Source: Candidatus Poribacteria bacterium | GTDB taxonomy: Bacteria; Poribacteria; WGA-4E; WGA-3G | Reading direction: 5' to 3' | Assembly: GCA_965220065.1 (NCBI GenBank) | Contig: OZ244804.1 | Span: 1,344,915-1,408,914 of the forward strand | Length of the DNA: 64,000 bases | In this document: one piece after another, positions 37,488 through 48,362 of the stretch | Position numbering within the stretch: position 1 is the first letter of the stretch | Layout: every line of letters starts with the position of its first letter | Position numbers and translations under genes: made by a program | Notes under the pieces: model-generated | What the model was told of the DNA's origin: nothing | The model's input: the letters and a program-made list of their open reading frames with translations, nothing else | The model's database searches: none

Positions 37488-38486
37488 ATGAGTGAGAGTT
37501 ATCGTGTTGCGGTTGTAGGTGCAACGGGTGCTGTCGGTAACACCCTGTTGCAACTTCTTGAAGAGCGATCGTTCCCAATTGCGTCCCTGAAACTTTTAGC
37601 ATCGCACCGCTCTGCCGGTGAAATTCTATCCTTTAAAGATGATCCCATTATCATTGAGGAACTGACACACGACTCGTTTGAGGATGTCGACGTGGTGTTC
37701 TCATCAGCAGGCGCGTCTGTCAGTCGCGAGTTCATTCCTACAGCTATAAAAAAAGGGGCGCTCGTCATTGACAATACAAGCGCCTTTCGCATGGACCCGG
37801 AAACACCTCTTGTTGTCCCAGAAGTCAATATGGATGCTGCTCGCGCGCATAATGGACTCATCGCCAACCCAAACTGCTCTACCATCCAAATGATGGTAGC
37901 ACTTAAACCGATCTACGACCTTGTCGGCATCAAACGGGTCGTTGTTTCCACCTATCAAAGTGTTTCTGGTAAGAGTGGACGTGCCGTTATGGAACTGGTT
38001 CAGCAAACGACTGAAGCACTCGAAGGCAAGCCCATCACCTTAGATAAATTTCCACATCAGATGGCATTCAACGTCGCATTCGATTGGCCCTTCTTAGACA
38101 GCGGTGACAACGAAGAAGAAGTGAAAATGATAAATGAGACACGGAAGATACTCGCAGACGACACGATTGGTGTCTCCGCTACAACCGTCCGAGTCCCAGT
38201 CTTCTTCGCGCATTCTGAATCGATAAACCTTGAAACACACGAGAACCTCACAGCAGCCCAGGCGAGAGAGTGCCTCGCCACTGCTCCCGGTGTAAAAGTT
38301 GTGGACGATCCCGACAACCAGCAATATCCACTCGCTGTTGATGTCGCAGGGAAAGATGAGGTTTACGTAGGTAGAATTCGCGATGATGCTTCCATAGAAA
38401 ACGGTTTGAACCTCTGGGTAGTAGCAGACAACCTCCGAAAGGGTGCTGCGCTGAATGCTATCCAAATCGCCGAAAGTCTGTTGTAA
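37488..38486 (+). CDS. asd: Aspartate-semialdehyde dehydrogenase
   Basis: 'VAVVGATGAVG' and active-site 'NPNCSTIQMMVAL'. Confidence 0.9.
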   Translation: MSESYRVAVVGATGAVGNTLLQLLEERSFPIASLKLLASHRSAGEILSFKDDPIIIEELTHDSFEDVDVVFSSAGASVSREFIPTAIKKGALVIDNTSAFRMDPETPLVVPEVNMDAARAHNGLIANPNCSTIQMMVALKPIYDLVGIKRVVVSTYQSVSGKSGRAVMELVQQTTEALEGKPITLDKFPHQMAFNVAFDWPFLDSGDNEEEVKMINETRKILADDTIGVSATTVRVPVFFAHSESINLETHENLTAAQARECLATAPGVKVVDDPDNQQYPLAVDVAGKDEVYVGRIRDDASIENGLNLWVVADNLRKGAALNAIQIAESLL

Positions 38487-38501
38487 GGCTGTCAGAAAGA
38501 T

Positions 38502-39641
38502 ATGGAACTCGATCTTGCCATGCTGCCGGACTACCTACGTCAACGACATGCTGAGATCGGCATGTTTGAATCGGAGACGGAACTCTGTATAGAAGAGATT
38601 GGCGATGGTAATCTAAATACAGTCTATCGCGTCTCGGACGTTGTGAATTCGAAGCGTTCGATCGTCTTGAAACACGCGCCACCCTACATTAAGATATTAG
38701 GACCCGAGTATCCATTATCCATCGAGCGTTTGACTTACGAGTCCCGTGCCCTGGACATTTACAACCAGTTCGCAAGTGGAATCGTCCCTGAACTGTACGA
38801 CTTTGATGCTGAAACCGCTGTCATAGCAATGGAGGATCTCCGGGATGCTCAGGTCTTGCGTGCCGACTTAATCGCAGGCAGAGTCAACACCGACATTGCC
38901 GAACAGGTTGGGCGATTTATGGGTACCGTACATAGTCACACCTATATCAAGAACCTTGACAGTACAACCGCACAGCATTATAGACAGCAATTTGCGAACA
39001 CTACCATGCAGTCGATAACTGCCGATTACGTGTTCACTTTTCCGTACACCGAACATGAAACGAATTTCTGGACCCCAGGATTAGAGCCTGATGTCCAGCG
39101 ATTAAAAGCGGATACGGACTTTCTACAGCAGGCAGAAGACCTCAAACAGATTTTTTTAACGGCACAGCAAGCCGTAACCCACGGCGACCTCCATACAGGA
39201 AGCATTCTCGTCCAGAACAACACAGCGAAAGTGATTGATGCCGAGTTTGCCTTTTATGGTCCCGTAGGATTTGACCTCGGATTGTATTGGGCGAACTATC
39301 TCTTATCCTATTTTTCGCATCAAGACACCGTGAGCGTGCAGTCCGCACTCAAAACAGCGATTGCCAAGACGTGGCACACCTACACGCTCGAATTCAGAAC
39401 AATTGATGAGGCGTTGAAAGAACAGATGTTGCAACGAATCTTCCACGAAGCAGTAGGGTTTGCGGGACTGGAAATGCTTCGCCGTCTTGTCGGTGCCGCA
39501 CACGTCAAAGATATAGAGGGTATTACTGATATATCCAGAAAACTACGTGTAGAAAGGGCGGCACTTCAATTCGGATCAACGCTTGTTAAACAGCACCAGT
39601 CCTTACGAGATATGCCAGCGATCCTCGCTATGCTTTTTTAA
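38502..39641 (+). CDS. APH-fold kinase, methylthioribose-kinase (MtnK)-like
   Basis: '[12 protein letters not shown]' catalytic loop. 'GNLNTVYRV' N-lobe. Confidence 0.5.
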   Translation: MELDLAMLPDYLRQRHAEIGMFESETELCIEEIGDGNLNTVYRVSDVVNSKRSIVLKHAPPYIKILGPEYPLSIERLTYESRALDIYNQFASGIVPELYDFDAETAVIAMEDLRDAQVLRADLIAGRVNTDIAEQVGRFMGTVHSHTYIKNLDSTTAQHYRQQFANTTMQSITADYVFTFPYTEHETNFWTPGLEPDVQRLKADTDFLQQAEDLKQIFLTAQQAVTHGDLHTGSILVQNNTAKVIDAEFAFYGPVGFDLGLYWANYLLSYFSHQDTVSVQSALKTAIAKTWHTYTLEFRTIDEALKEQMLQRIFHEAVGFAGLEMLRRLVGAAHVKDIEGITDISRKLRVERAALQFGSTLVKQHQSLRDMPAILAMLF

Positions 39642-39702
39642 TCAGGATGGTGCGTCGGTCCCATTATTTGTTGGTAAAGCGGTTTTTGTTAATCCCAAAC
39701 GC

Positions 39703-39790
39703 GTAGCCTGCAACATCGGCGCAGGCAGATTTCGGGAACGCCTGTCAAAATCCAAGCGTCCGTTGTTCCTCCGCAAGGTAAAATTAAAAA
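39703..39790 (+). repeat. REP-like element family 1, degenerate copy (hairpin GCCTGCAACATCGGCGCAGGC plus tail) abutting the cbpA-like start
   Basis: Shares the palindrome and a 'cgttgtt...ccgcaagg...aatta' tail with the copies at 48281, 52290 and 52410. Confidence 0.4.
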
Positions 39791-39792
39791 AT

Positions 39793-40662
39793 ATGAGAGA
39801 CTACTACGAAATCCTCGGCGTCAACCGAGGTGCAACTCCAGAGGAGATCAAAAAAGCCTATCGCAAACTCGCAGTCCAGTATCATCCGGACAAAAATCCG
39901 GGCGACCAGGTGGCAGAAGAGAAATTTAAAGAGGCATCGAACGCGTATTCAGTCCTTTCCGATCCCGAAAAGCGACGTATGTATGATATCCGTGGGCACG
40001 CAGGCGTTGAGGGTATGGGTTTTGAAGGTTACCGAAATATGGACGACATCTTCAGACATATCAATCTCGACGATATCTTCGGACGCGGCGGATTCGGTGG
40101 GTTCGGTGGATTTGGCGATGCATTTGGTGATGCGTTCGGACAGCGGCGCACGGCTGCCCCGCCTCGCGGACGCGACATTCGGATGAACGTCAGTGTCCCT
40201 TTCGAGGATGCCGTGTTAGGCAGCATGAAAGAGGTCAATGTCCAAGGGAAGCCTCTCCGGCTCAAAATTCCGCCGGGGATCCAGGATGAAAAAACGTTAC
40301 GTATTCGGGGTCATGGAGAATCTCTCGGCAGCGGCATTTCGGGCGATCTGTTGGTGACGGTTTCTGTTCAACCGCATCCGACACTGACCCGCGAAGGGGC
40401 AGATCTGTTGACGGATGTAAAGGTCTCTATGACGACAGCGACGTTGGGCGGTTCTGTTCGGGTCCAAACGCTAACGGGGGATGTGGACCTGAAAATCCCG
40501 TCTGGAGCGCAACCTGGACAGCAATTCCGCTTACGGGGACGTGGTGGGGTAGACACCTCCGGTAGAAAAGGCGACTTGCGGGTGCGGTTGGTGGTGGAAA
40601 TTCCGAAATCTTTATCTCGTAAGCAGCGGAATCTGTTGAAAGAATTCGATAAGACTTTATAA
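39793..40662 (+). CDS. cbpA: DnaJ-like co-chaperone lacking the Zn-finger (CbpA-type)
   Basis: J-domain 'DYYEILGV...YHPDKNP'. Gly/Phe-rich '[14 protein letters not shown]'. No CxxCxGxG repeats. Confidence 0.8.
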   Translation: MRDYYEILGVNRGATPEEIKKAYRKLAVQYHPDKNPGDQVAEEKFKEASNAYSVLSDPEKRRMYDIRGHAGVEGMGFEGYRNMDDIFRHINLDDIFGRGGFGGFGGFGDAFGDAFGQRRTAAPPRGRDIRMNVSVPFEDAVLGSMKEVNVQGKPLRLKIPPGIQDEKTLRIRGHGESLGSGISGDLLVTVSVQPHPTLTREGADLLTDVKVSMTTATLGGSVRVQTLTGDVDLKIPSGAQPGQQFRLRGRGGVDTSGRKGDLRVRLVVEIPKSLSRKQRNLLKEFDKTL

Positions 40663-40754
40663 AAAAGTGTGTCTTGGGAAACAACTTTAACAATCGGCGC
40701 AAAAGGCACAGAATTGCAGACGAACTCAAAAAACCGATTTACAAAGGAGAACGA

Positions 40755-41942
40755 ATGATCTCATTATCAGAACGGAGTCAAAACGTAACGCCATCGTCCA
40801 CTTTGGCGATCACCGCGGCAATCAACGCGTTGATCGCAGATGGCGTAGATGTCGTCAAATTCGGGGCAGGCGAACCCGATTTTGACACACCCGATTATAT
40901 CAAAGATGCCGCAATCGCCGCACTCAATGCGGGATTCACGAAATACACCCCTGTCCCCGGCACCCCCGAGCTCCGAGAGGCAATCACAGAGAAATTCAAA
41001 CGAGACAACGGGCTGAGTTACAAACCTTCCGAAGTTATCGTTTCGTGTGGTGCCAAACACACCATCTATAACATCTTTCAAGCCATCTGTGATCCGGGCG
41101 ACGAGGTCATCTTCGCCGCACCCTATTGGGTAAGCTACCCAGAGCAGGTCAAACTCGCCGGGGCAGTGCCGAGCGTCATTGAGACGACACCGGTGCAAAA
41201 CTTCTGCATGGCACCCGATCAGGTCGAAGCAGCTATCACCCCAAAGACGAAAGCGATCCTCGTTAACAGTCCAAGCAATCCGACAGGCACAACCTACGAT
41301 CTGGATACACTCAAGGCAATCGCCGACCTCGCTGTCAAGCACCAAGTCTACCTCATCTCCGATGAAATCTACGAGGCGTTGCTCTACGATGGAGCGACAC
41401 ATCAGAGTCCTGCTTCCTTCAACGAAGAGACCAAAGCGATCACCTTTGTTGTCAACGGGATGTCCAAAGCCTACTCGATGACAGGATGGCGGATCGGATA
41501 CACCGCCGGTCCTGAAGACGCTGTTTCGGCGATGTCGCGTATCCAATCACACAGCACTTCAAATCCGACATCCATTGCACAGAAAGCCGCTGTTGTCGCA
41601 CTCAATGAGCCACAAGATGCTGTTGAAGAGATGCGAAAAGCGTTTGAGGAACGCCGAGATGTGATCTGTCAACGTTTTGATGAGATTGAGGGAGTCAGTT
41701 ATGCCAGACCCCAAGGCGCGTTCTATATCTTCCCCGATTTTTCTGCGCATTACGGTAGAACGCTTGGCGGGCAGAAGATCAAAAATTCAATGGACATAAC
41801 CGATTATCTGCTAAATTCGGCAGGTGTCGGTGTTGTGCCGGGAGACGGTTTCGGTGCGGATAATTATTTGCGACTCTCCTTTGCGACTTCATTGGAAGAG
41901 ATTCATCGAGGACTGGATCGTATCAAAAAGGCGTTAGCATAA
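40755..41942 (+). CDS. aspC: Aspartate aminotransferase (PLP-dependent, class I)
   Basis: PLP-Lys region 'NGMSKAYSMTGWRIGY'. AGGAGA RBS. Confidence 0.85.
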   Translation: MISLSERSQNVTPSSTLAITAAINALIADGVDVVKFGAGEPDFDTPDYIKDAAIAALNAGFTKYTPVPGTPELREAITEKFKRDNGLSYKPSEVIVSCGAKHTIYNIFQAICDPGDEVIFAAPYWVSYPEQVKLAGAVPSVIETTPVQNFCMAPDQVEAAITPKTKAILVNSPSNPTGTTYDLDTLKAIADLAVKHQVYLISDEIYEALLYDGATHQSPASFNEETKAITFVVNGMSKAYSMTGWRIGYTAGPEDAVSAMSRIQSHSTSNPTSIAQKAAVVALNEPQDAVEEMRKAFEERRDVICQRFDEIEGVSYARPQGAFYIFPDFSAHYGRTLGGQKIKNSMDITDYLLNSAGVGVVPGDGFGADNYLRLSFATSLEEIHRGLDRIKKALA

Positions 41943-42049
41943 ACATTTTTTAACTACGACTTATAGCATTATTGACGTTTCGGACGTTATAGACACGCCT
42001 CCAGAGAACTGGCAGGCGTGTCTTTTAGGGACACATAGGAGATAGAATC

Positions 42050-43780
42050 GTGGCAGAACAGACGACACCGAACCTCGTTTTCGTTATTACGGATGACCAA
42101 GGTTACGGCGATTTGGGGTGCACCGGAAACCCCGTTATCAACACACCGAACCTGGATGCACTCGCCGCAGAGAGTGTGCAACTACAGAATCTGCACGTCG
42201 GTCCCACCTGTTCACCGACCCGAGCGGGGATTATGACGGGGCATTATTGCAACTCCACGGGGGTATGGCATACCATTGGCGGACGCTCGCTGCTCCGTAG
42301 CGACGAGGTCACAATGGCAGACATCTTCCGACGCAACGGCTATAAGACCGGTATGTTCGGGAAATGGCATCTCGGCGACAATTACCCGTTCCGTCCACAC
42401 GACAGAGGGTTCGATGAAGCACTCTACCACGGTGGCGGTGGCATCAGTCAAACCCCCGACTATTGGGGCAACGACTATTTCGACGATACCTATTTCCGCA
42501 ACGGTTCAGAACAACCGTTTGACGGTTATTGTACGGATGTCTGGTTTCAGGAAGCAATGGCATTCATTGAGAGGCAGGCTGAAGGCGATCAGAACCGTCC
42601 GTTTTTCTGCTACCTCTCCACCAACGCACCGCACGGTCCATTCCGTGTCCCCGATGCCTACGGTGAGGTATACCGACGGAAAGGCGTGGAAGGCGATCGC
42701 GCGAATTTTTGGGGAATGGTCACCAATATCGACGACAACATGGCGAGACTCCGGCACCACCTCCGAGTCTTGGGGATTGAGGAAAACACGATCCTCATCT
42801 TCATGACCGATAACGGGTCCGCAATGGGATGCGACTTGGATGCCCAGCAGTTTGTCAGAGCTGGTTACAACGCCGGAATGCGCGGTAAGAAAGGATCGCC
42901 GTATGAAGGTGGACACCGTGTGCCGCTCTTTATGCATTGGCCCAGTGGTGGTTTCACTGAAAAGCACGAGGTGCATGAACTCACCGCAAATATTGACCTA
43001 CTCCCGACGCTGATAGATCTTTGCGATCTTGAAGTCTCCTCAAACGCACCCTTCCACGGCACCAGTATCGCACCGTTGCTGAGAAATGAAACGGAGACGT
43101 GGGAAGAACGGGTGATCGTCACCGATTCGCAGCGCGTTGAAAATCCGATTAAGTGGAAAGACAGCGCGACGATGTCGCAACAGTGGCGGCTTATCAATGG
43201 AACTGAGCTCTACGATATACAAGCCGATCCCGGACAACAGCACGACATCGCTGACGAACATCCGGAAGTCGTCGCGGAACTGCGTGAACATTATGAAGCG
43301 TGGTGGAAACTGGTTTCGGAGCGGTTTGATGAGGATTGTCCGATCGTCATTGGGACACAAAACGAACCCGTCACATGCATCACGACCCACGATTGGCACG
43401 GAGAAGGGCAGGCATGGAATCACGGGATGATTCGCCGAGGTTTGGAATGCAACGGCTATTGGGCAATTGAGATCCCTGAAGATGGAGAGTACAGTTTCGA
43501 GTTGCGTCGGTGGCCCCTCGCTGAAAATAGGGCGATAACGGACGGCATTCCGGGTGAGCATATCGATCTCTACAACGGTGGGAAGGCTCTGGCATTCACA
43601 GCGGCAAAAATCCGCGTCGGAGACGAGACTGCAACAAAAGTGATTCCACCGGATGCGAAGGGTGTAACGTTTACGTTCAATCTCACCGCCGGTCAGACGC
43701 GCATGCATACCGAGTTCGCCGACGAAACCGGTGAGTTGGCAATTGGGGCGTATTATGTGTATGCGAAACGGGTAATTTGA
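42050..43780 (+). CDS. Sulfatase (formylglycine-dependent arylsulfatase family), apparently cytoplasmic
   Basis: 'VFVITDDQGYGDLG...CSPTRAGIMTG' (C-x-P-x-R). GTG start with AGGAGA RBS. No signal peptide. Confidence 0.8.
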   Translation: MAEQTTPNLVFVITDDQGYGDLGCTGNPVINTPNLDALAAESVQLQNLHVGPTCSPTRAGIMTGHYCNSTGVWHTIGGRSLLRSDEVTMADIFRRNGYKTGMFGKWHLGDNYPFRPHDRGFDEALYHGGGGISQTPDYWGNDYFDDTYFRNGSEQPFDGYCTDVWFQEAMAFIERQAEGDQNRPFFCYLSTNAPHGPFRVPDAYGEVYRRKGVEGDRANFWGMVTNIDDNMARLRHHLRVLGIEENTILIFMTDNGSAMGCDLDAQQFVRAGYNAGMRGKKGSPYEGGHRVPLFMHWPSGGFTEKHEVHELTANIDLLPTLIDLCDLEVSSNAPFHGTSIAPLLRNETETWEERVIVTDSQRVENPIKWKDSATMSQQWRLINGTELYDIQADPGQQHDIADEHPEVVAELREHYEAWWKLVSERFDEDCPIVIGTQNEPVTCITTHDWHGEGQAWNHGMIRRGLECNGYWAIEIPEDGEYSFELRRWPLAENRAITDGIPGEHIDLYNGGKALAFTAAKIRVGDETATKVIPPDAKGVTFTFNLTAGQTRMHTEFADETGELAIGAYYVYAKRVI

Positions 43781-43785
43781 AGGAG

Positions 43786-44277
43786 TTACTGATAGACAGG
43801 AGAGGTTGCAACGCGGGAAAATAGGTGGGCGAGTTCATCCATCGACACACCAAGACTCTCTTCAAGGTTCTTTTGCGTTAACCTAAGTTGTTGGACACCG
43901 AGGCTCTCTTTAAATTCTTCCTGCGTCAACCCAAAGTCACGATAACCCTGAATGATGGTTTTTAGGTACCATTTTGAAGGTGCTTCAATATCTTTCTCAT
44001 ACGACTCGCGCATCCTGTAAAACATGACCCCGTCTTGGTAATACTTACCGTAATAGTCGGGATAACCTTCGTAGATATCAAGTGCCTCTTCGTGGACCTC
44101 TGTAATCTCCCAGAGTCCGCCGTGGACTGTACACTCCTCTGCACGGATAATATCAGCGTGGTATTTGAAAACAAGGCGAAACCCATCAAGTTGAAACTTC
44201 CCTACGTGTGTTACACCCGGACACCGCTGTTGCATGTGAGAGAGGTTCATGTTGGACCCGTATGCGAAATATATCAT
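43786..44277 (-). CDS. Gamma-glutamylcyclotransferase-like (AIG2/GGCT fold)
   Basis: 'MIYFAYGSNMN'. Confidence 0.7.
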   Translation of the reverse strand: MIYFAYGSNMNLSHMQQRCPGVTHVGKFQLDGFRLVFKYHADIIRAEECTVHGGLWEITEVHEEALDIYEGYPDYYGKYYQDGVMFYRMRESYEKDIEAPSKWYLKTIIQGYRDFGLTQEEFKESLGVQQLRLTQKNLEESLGVSMDELAHLFSRVATSPVYQ

Positions 44278-44325
44278 AGGTTTGCTTCTGCGGGGTAAGG
44301 TCCCTCTGCAAAACAGGGCTTATCC

Positions 44326-45084
44326 TCAAGGTTGTAGGGACTGTCCCTTTAATCTTCCCCACAACACAGGGAGTTTACCTGACGGCTCCACGGCAAAGGC
44401 TGTGTGATAGATGCCATCATTCATAATGCCCTGAACTTCGTCTTCGGTGAGTCCATCGTTGAAGAGTCCGACCTCGTCCATAATAGTCGCAGAGAGGAAA
44501 CCGGTCCCTTTGTCAGTCGCGAGCCACGCCGTCTGATCCTGATCTTGGAGTTGGAACTTCGGCACCTTTTGTGAGACTTTCTCTTCGCCGTTGATGTAGA
44601 TCGTACAGTTGTCTCCGTCGTAGACATTGGCGACATGATACCAGGTTCCATCTTTGACCGTCACGCCACTGGCGACATCCCAAGTGTTCGTCCAACTACG
44701 TAGGAGGTTGCCACCATTTTTGTAAGGGACATAGCGGTTGTTACTCTGATCCCATATCGAGAAGTAGTTTTGTTGACCACCGATGTCGGTGAAGTTTATC
44801 CAGAGGGTGAAGGTCACTTTGTCTTCGATAATACCTTTACCGAGCGGAATAGTGACCGTCCCGCCCTTCTTAATTTCAAGGGCACCATCGACCTTACCCT
44901 TTGCCCATTCGCCTCGCGTAATCGTGCCTTTACGTCCGTTTTCAGAGATGTCTTCAGCGACATCGCCCTTACCTTCGTCCATCAACCAGATACCGACAAT
45001 CCTATCCGGATCAATCTCGGCTTGACTATAACTGATGACCAGACTTAATGCGAGTATCGTGCAGACAAATACTCTTGTTTTCAT
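44326..45084 (-). CDS. Secreted DUF1080/LamG-like jellyroll protein (3-keto-disaccharide hydrolase-like)
   Basis: Signal peptide after ATG 45084 (AAGGAG RBS). C-terminal strand '...LWGRLK'. Confidence 0.6.
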   Translation of the reverse strand: MKTRVFVCTILALSLVISYSQAEIDPDRIVGIWLMDEGKGDVAEDISENGRKGTITRGEWAKGKVDGALEIKKGGTVTIPLGKGIIEDKVTFTLWINFTDIGGQQNYFSIWDQSNNRYVPYKNGGNLLRSWTNTWDVASGVTVKDGTWYHVANVYDGDNCTIYINGEEKVSQKVPKFQLQDQDQTAWLATDKGTGFLSATIMDEVGLFNDGLTEDEVQGIMNDGIYHTAFAVEPSGKLPVLWGRLKGQSLQP

Positions 45085-45233
45085 GGGTTGCGCTCCTTTT
45101 TTGGTCCAGAGAATCATGACCCTAAATTGTTTCTACTGGCAGAAATACAATCGGTATGCTAATTACATTAGACTGATCAAGTATATTGCAAGTTTAATCC
45201 GATTTCCTGTTGTTCTGTTTCCGGGAATATAAT

Positions 45234-45262
45234 TTGACAACGGATGGAAATTAGAGTATACT
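45234..45262 (+). promoter_or_regulatory. Sigma-70 promoter of tRNA-Leu
   Basis: TTGACA (45234-45239), then a 17-nt spacer, then TATACT (45257-45262). The tRNA 5' end is 10 nt downstream. Confidence 0.55.
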
Positions 45263-45272
45263 ATAATTGCTT

Positions 45273-45358
45273 GCCGGGATGCTGAAATTTGGTAGACAGG
45301 CTAGGTTCAGGATCTAGTGTGCATTATGCGCGTAAGGGTTCGAGTCCCTTTCCCGGCA
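45273..45358 (+). tRNA. tRNA-Leu, anticodon CAG
   Basis: Acceptor stem GCCGGGA/TCCCGGC plus A73. D-loop 'AATTTGGTAGA'. Anticodon stem CTAGG/TCTAG with loop TTCAGGA. Long variable arm (class II tRNA). T-arm GGGTTCGAGTCCC. Confidence 0.8.
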
Positions 45359-45437
45359 TTTTCTTTAATTGTGCCTTGCGATTAAACGACGGGGGTTTGT
45401 GCTTTGACGTTTTTCGCTCAAGAGTCGCCTGTTCGCT

Positions 45438-46616
45438 TCATTCTCTTTGCAACGTCTCCGGGACCCACCGCAGGAAGATGGTCACCGCGAGATAACCAAT
45501 GCCCCCCAACGCAAAACCGGAATAACTCAATCCGAACAGATCGGCAAGATTACCGACGATAACCGGTCCTGCCGAACCGCCAAAATCTCCCGTAAGCCGC
45601 CACAAACCTAAAAATTCTCCAGTCCCCTCGCGGGGTGCCAAGTCTGCACCGAGCGTCATCATCGTTCCCGAAGCGATGCCGTTGCCCATACGCATGAAGG
45701 TTGCGGCGAGTAGTAACCACGTAAATGTCCCTGTAAAGGGCATCAACACCATCCCCGTGGCAAAGATACAAATCCCCGGCACTGTCGCATATCTCCGACC
45801 GAACCGATCCATCATATAGCCAGCGATTGGAAACATTGACATATCTACCGCTGAGGAGATCATGACGACCGAGCGAACCTGTTGCGTCGTTAACCCGACC
45901 ACCTCATCCGCATAGAGTGGAATGATGATATTGCACCCGCGGCGCAACGTCTGTACGCACACCTGCCCTATCCCCGCAGTTGCCAGGAGACGCGCATGCT
46001 GGCGCGAGATCTCAAGAAGTTGTTTTAGGTAAGGAGCCCTCTTACCTGCTACTTCGGTTGTGGCGCGCTGCGTCTCGGGAATAAAGAAAAAACAGAGGAA
46101 AAGGTTCAGAATTACGATGCCAGCATAAATGAAAAAGGGGAGACGAAGGTTCACTCCAAGAAAGATAGAGCAGAACTGCCCCGCAAAGGTGCCCATCCTG
46201 TTCACGCCGCCGAACAGTGCAAGCGCTCTCCCACGATTTGCTATTGGGATCACATCCGTCATATATGCATGCCGCGCGAGCATCCACAATGCGTATCCAA
46301 TGCCACCCAGTAGTTGTGCACCGATGAGTTGGAAGAAATTCCTCGCCATTCCCATACCCAGTGTTGATAGTCCTATCAGGACTAAACCGAGCAACATTGA
46401 TGGTTTGCGACCGAGTCTTTCCACTAAAATACCAGCAGGAATATTTCCAAGCACACCAACAGCAAGGACAACCGTCGTCAACGTATAGGATAACTCAAAC
46501 GATTTAACGTAAATCGAGAGCGTTGGTGAGACAATGCCGCCTCCTATTGCCAATAGGAACGCTGGAATATAGATAGGGAGGATTAGCGAGACTCGGCTAA
46601 AGTTACGATTGTTCAA
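45438..46616 (-). CDS. MFS transporter
   Basis: 12 TM helices. 'LGRKPSMLLGLVLIG' MFS motif-A-like. Confidence 0.8.
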   Translation of the reverse strand: MNNRNFSRVSLILPIYIPAFLLAIGGGIVSPTLSIYVKSFELSYTLTTVVLAVGVLGNIPAGILVERLGRKPSMLLGLVLIGLSTLGMGMARNFFQLIGAQLLGGIGYALWMLARHAYMTDVIPIANRGRALALFGGVNRMGTFAGQFCSIFLGVNLRLPFFIYAGIVILNLFLCFFFIPETQRATTEVAGKRAPYLKQLLEISRQHARLLATAGIGQVCVQTLRRGCNIIIPLYADEVVGLTTQQVRSVVMISSAVDMSMFPIAGYMMDRFGRRYATVPGICIFATGMVLMPFTGTFTWLLLAATFMRMGNGIASGTMMTLGADLAPREGTGEFLGLWRLTGDFGGSAGPVIVGNLADLFGLSYSGFALGGIGYLAVTIFLRWVPETLQRE

Positions 46617-46819
46617 TTTGGATAACTTTCAATTTTTAAACAATGAATTCTTGGGTATCGTTCCACGCGCCTCCGCAGTGTCCCTTTCCGGTAACGGGCT
46701 GGAACCTTAGACGAAGGCCCGGTATCAAGTGAAGTCAGAAACCGTGGATTTTCTGAAGCGGGTTAACTTCACCGAAAACCACTGCGTAATGTAATGGAGC
46801 AGTGCCCAGGAGCCCATAG

Positions 46820-47356
46820 TTAAAAAAACGCGTCCGTATAGCATGTATACGTCGCTTCATCAAACAGAACAAACTGAATGGAGGCTGGTGCGGTGTTGCT
46901 CTGTTCCACGAAACTTCTCACCGCGGTCAGTGCAACAAGTGCGGCTTTCTCTGTCGGGTAGCCAAAGATACCGGTACTAATAGAAGGGAAAGCGATGCTC
47001 TGAACGTCGTTTTCTACAGCAAGTCGGAGGCTTTCTTGATAACAACTCGCAAGCAGTTCAGGTTCACCAGAATTCCCGTCTTGCCAAACGGGTCCCACGG
47101 TGTGAATCACGTATTTTGCGTGAAGTTCGCCGCCCGTTGTAATAACCGCTTTGCCGGTAGGACAGCCACCCTCACGTGCGCGAATCTCCGCACAGGCTTG
47201 CTCGATTGCATCACCACCTGCGCGGCGTATTGCACCATCCACACCACCACCACCGACCAGCGCATTGTTCGCCGCGTTCACGATGGCATCAACCTGCGCT
47301 TTGGTTATATCACCTTGGATGAGTTCTAAGTCGGTTTGGGCAATCTGTGCTTTCAT
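46820..47356 (-). CDS. Macro-domain protein (ADP-ribose / O-acetyl-ADP-ribose processing)
   Basis: 'DAIVNAANNALVGGGGVDGAI' and 'GIFGYP'. Confidence 0.8.
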   Translation of the reverse strand: MKAQIAQTDLELIQGDITKAQVDAIVNAANNALVGGGGVDGAIRRAGGDAIEQACAEIRAREGGCPTGKAVITTGGELHAKYVIHTVGPVWQDGNSGEPELLASCYQESLRLAVENDVQSIAFPSISTGIFGYPTEKAALVALTAVRSFVEQSNTAPASIQFVLFDEATYTCYTDAFF

Positions 47357-47376
47357 GTGATTACTTCCTTATTTTC

Positions 47377-48276
47377 TTAACGATTTCTCTGGATAAAACC
47401 GGCTCTGTGGAGTTCCTGTAAAATAAAGGGTTCTACAGGCATATCACTTTGTAGTTGTGCATAGCCAATCCCTTGGTCGGTACAGAAACGTTGCAGTGTT
47501 TCACAAAATGTCTGTTGCTGATTCTGGTATTGTGAGAGCGTTTCGGGATTAATTGTGATGGCTCTCGTTTCACCGGTTTCGGCATCCTCTACCAACCAGT
47601 CTCCTCCTGTAGGTGTGTTTTCCAAGTATACCTGTGGGTTTATCTCCTCTGGACTTGTCAGATGAATGGCTGTGAGTGAGAAGCCGCGTCCTGTAAGCAG
47701 TTTGAAGCCCTGTTCGTAACCATTTGGGTCTAAAAAGTCGGAAAGGACGGCGACCGCGCACGGGTGGCGTTGATACATTGGGAGTTGCCTGAGACATTCC
47801 GTCAGCCGCGTTTGCCCATGTGTTGCAATTGTGTTCAAAACCTGTGTGAGACGTGAAAATTGTGATGTGCTCGATGCGGGTGGCAGTGCCGCCGAGAGCC
47901 GTTCGGCGCAAGTATAGACAGCAATACTATCCGCGTGTCCTAAAGCGATATAGCCTAACGCCGCAGCGATCTGTTTGGCACACGTTAACTTGGTTGGTGA
48001 GCCAAACTCCATAGAACGACTGTTATCAATGAGGAGGGCAAGCGGTAATCCCTCGTCGGCGTGGAAGAGTTTGATGAAGAGTTTCCCTAAGCGGGCGTAG
48101 ATGTTCCAATCGACATGCCGTAGGTCGTCGCCGGGTTCATAAACCCGATAATCGGCGAACTCCATACCTACACCACGGTTCGGACTCCGTCGTTCGCCCC
48201 TGAATTTACCTCGAAATGAACGGTTAGATCGGATATGGAAGGGTTCAAGTTGCTTCAGGAATTGCGGTGTAAGCAT
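47377..48276 (-). CDS. DUF58 (vWA-like) protein
   Basis: 'DYRVYEPGDDLRHVDWNIYAR'. Confidence 0.75.
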   Translation of the reverse strand: MLTPQFLKQLEPFHIRSNRSFRGKFRGERRSPNRGVGMEFADYRVYEPGDDLRHVDWNIYARLGKLFIKLFHADEGLPLALLIDNSRSMEFGSPTKLTCAKQIAAALGYIALGHADSIAVYTCAERLSAALPPASSTSQFSRLTQVLNTIATHGQTRLTECLRQLPMYQRHPCAVAVLSDFLDPNGYEQGFKLLTGRGFSLTAIHLTSPEEINPQVYLENTPTGGDWLVEDAETGETRAITINPETLSQYQNQQQTFCETLQRFCTDQGIGYAQLQSDMPVEPFILQELHRAGFIQRNR

Positions 48277-48280
48277 TTTT

Positions 48281-48362
48281 TGATAATTCGCAAGGCGTTA
48301 AATGAAGGGGTTAGAGCATTGACGTGCTTATGTGCAGAGTCGCCTGCGCCGTTGTTGCAGGC
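48281..48362. repeat. REP-like element family 1 copy (tail then hairpin GCCTGCGCCGTTGTTGCAGGC), abutting the DUF58 start codon
   Basis: Reverse complement 'gcctgcaacaacggcgcaggc...ccccttcatttaacgccttgcgaattat' matches the 52290-52510 units. Confidence 0.5.

Noticed and set aside
45289-45495. 68-aa ORF on the plus strand.
   Set aside because: It fully overlaps tRNA-Leu and its downstream region, so it is spurious.
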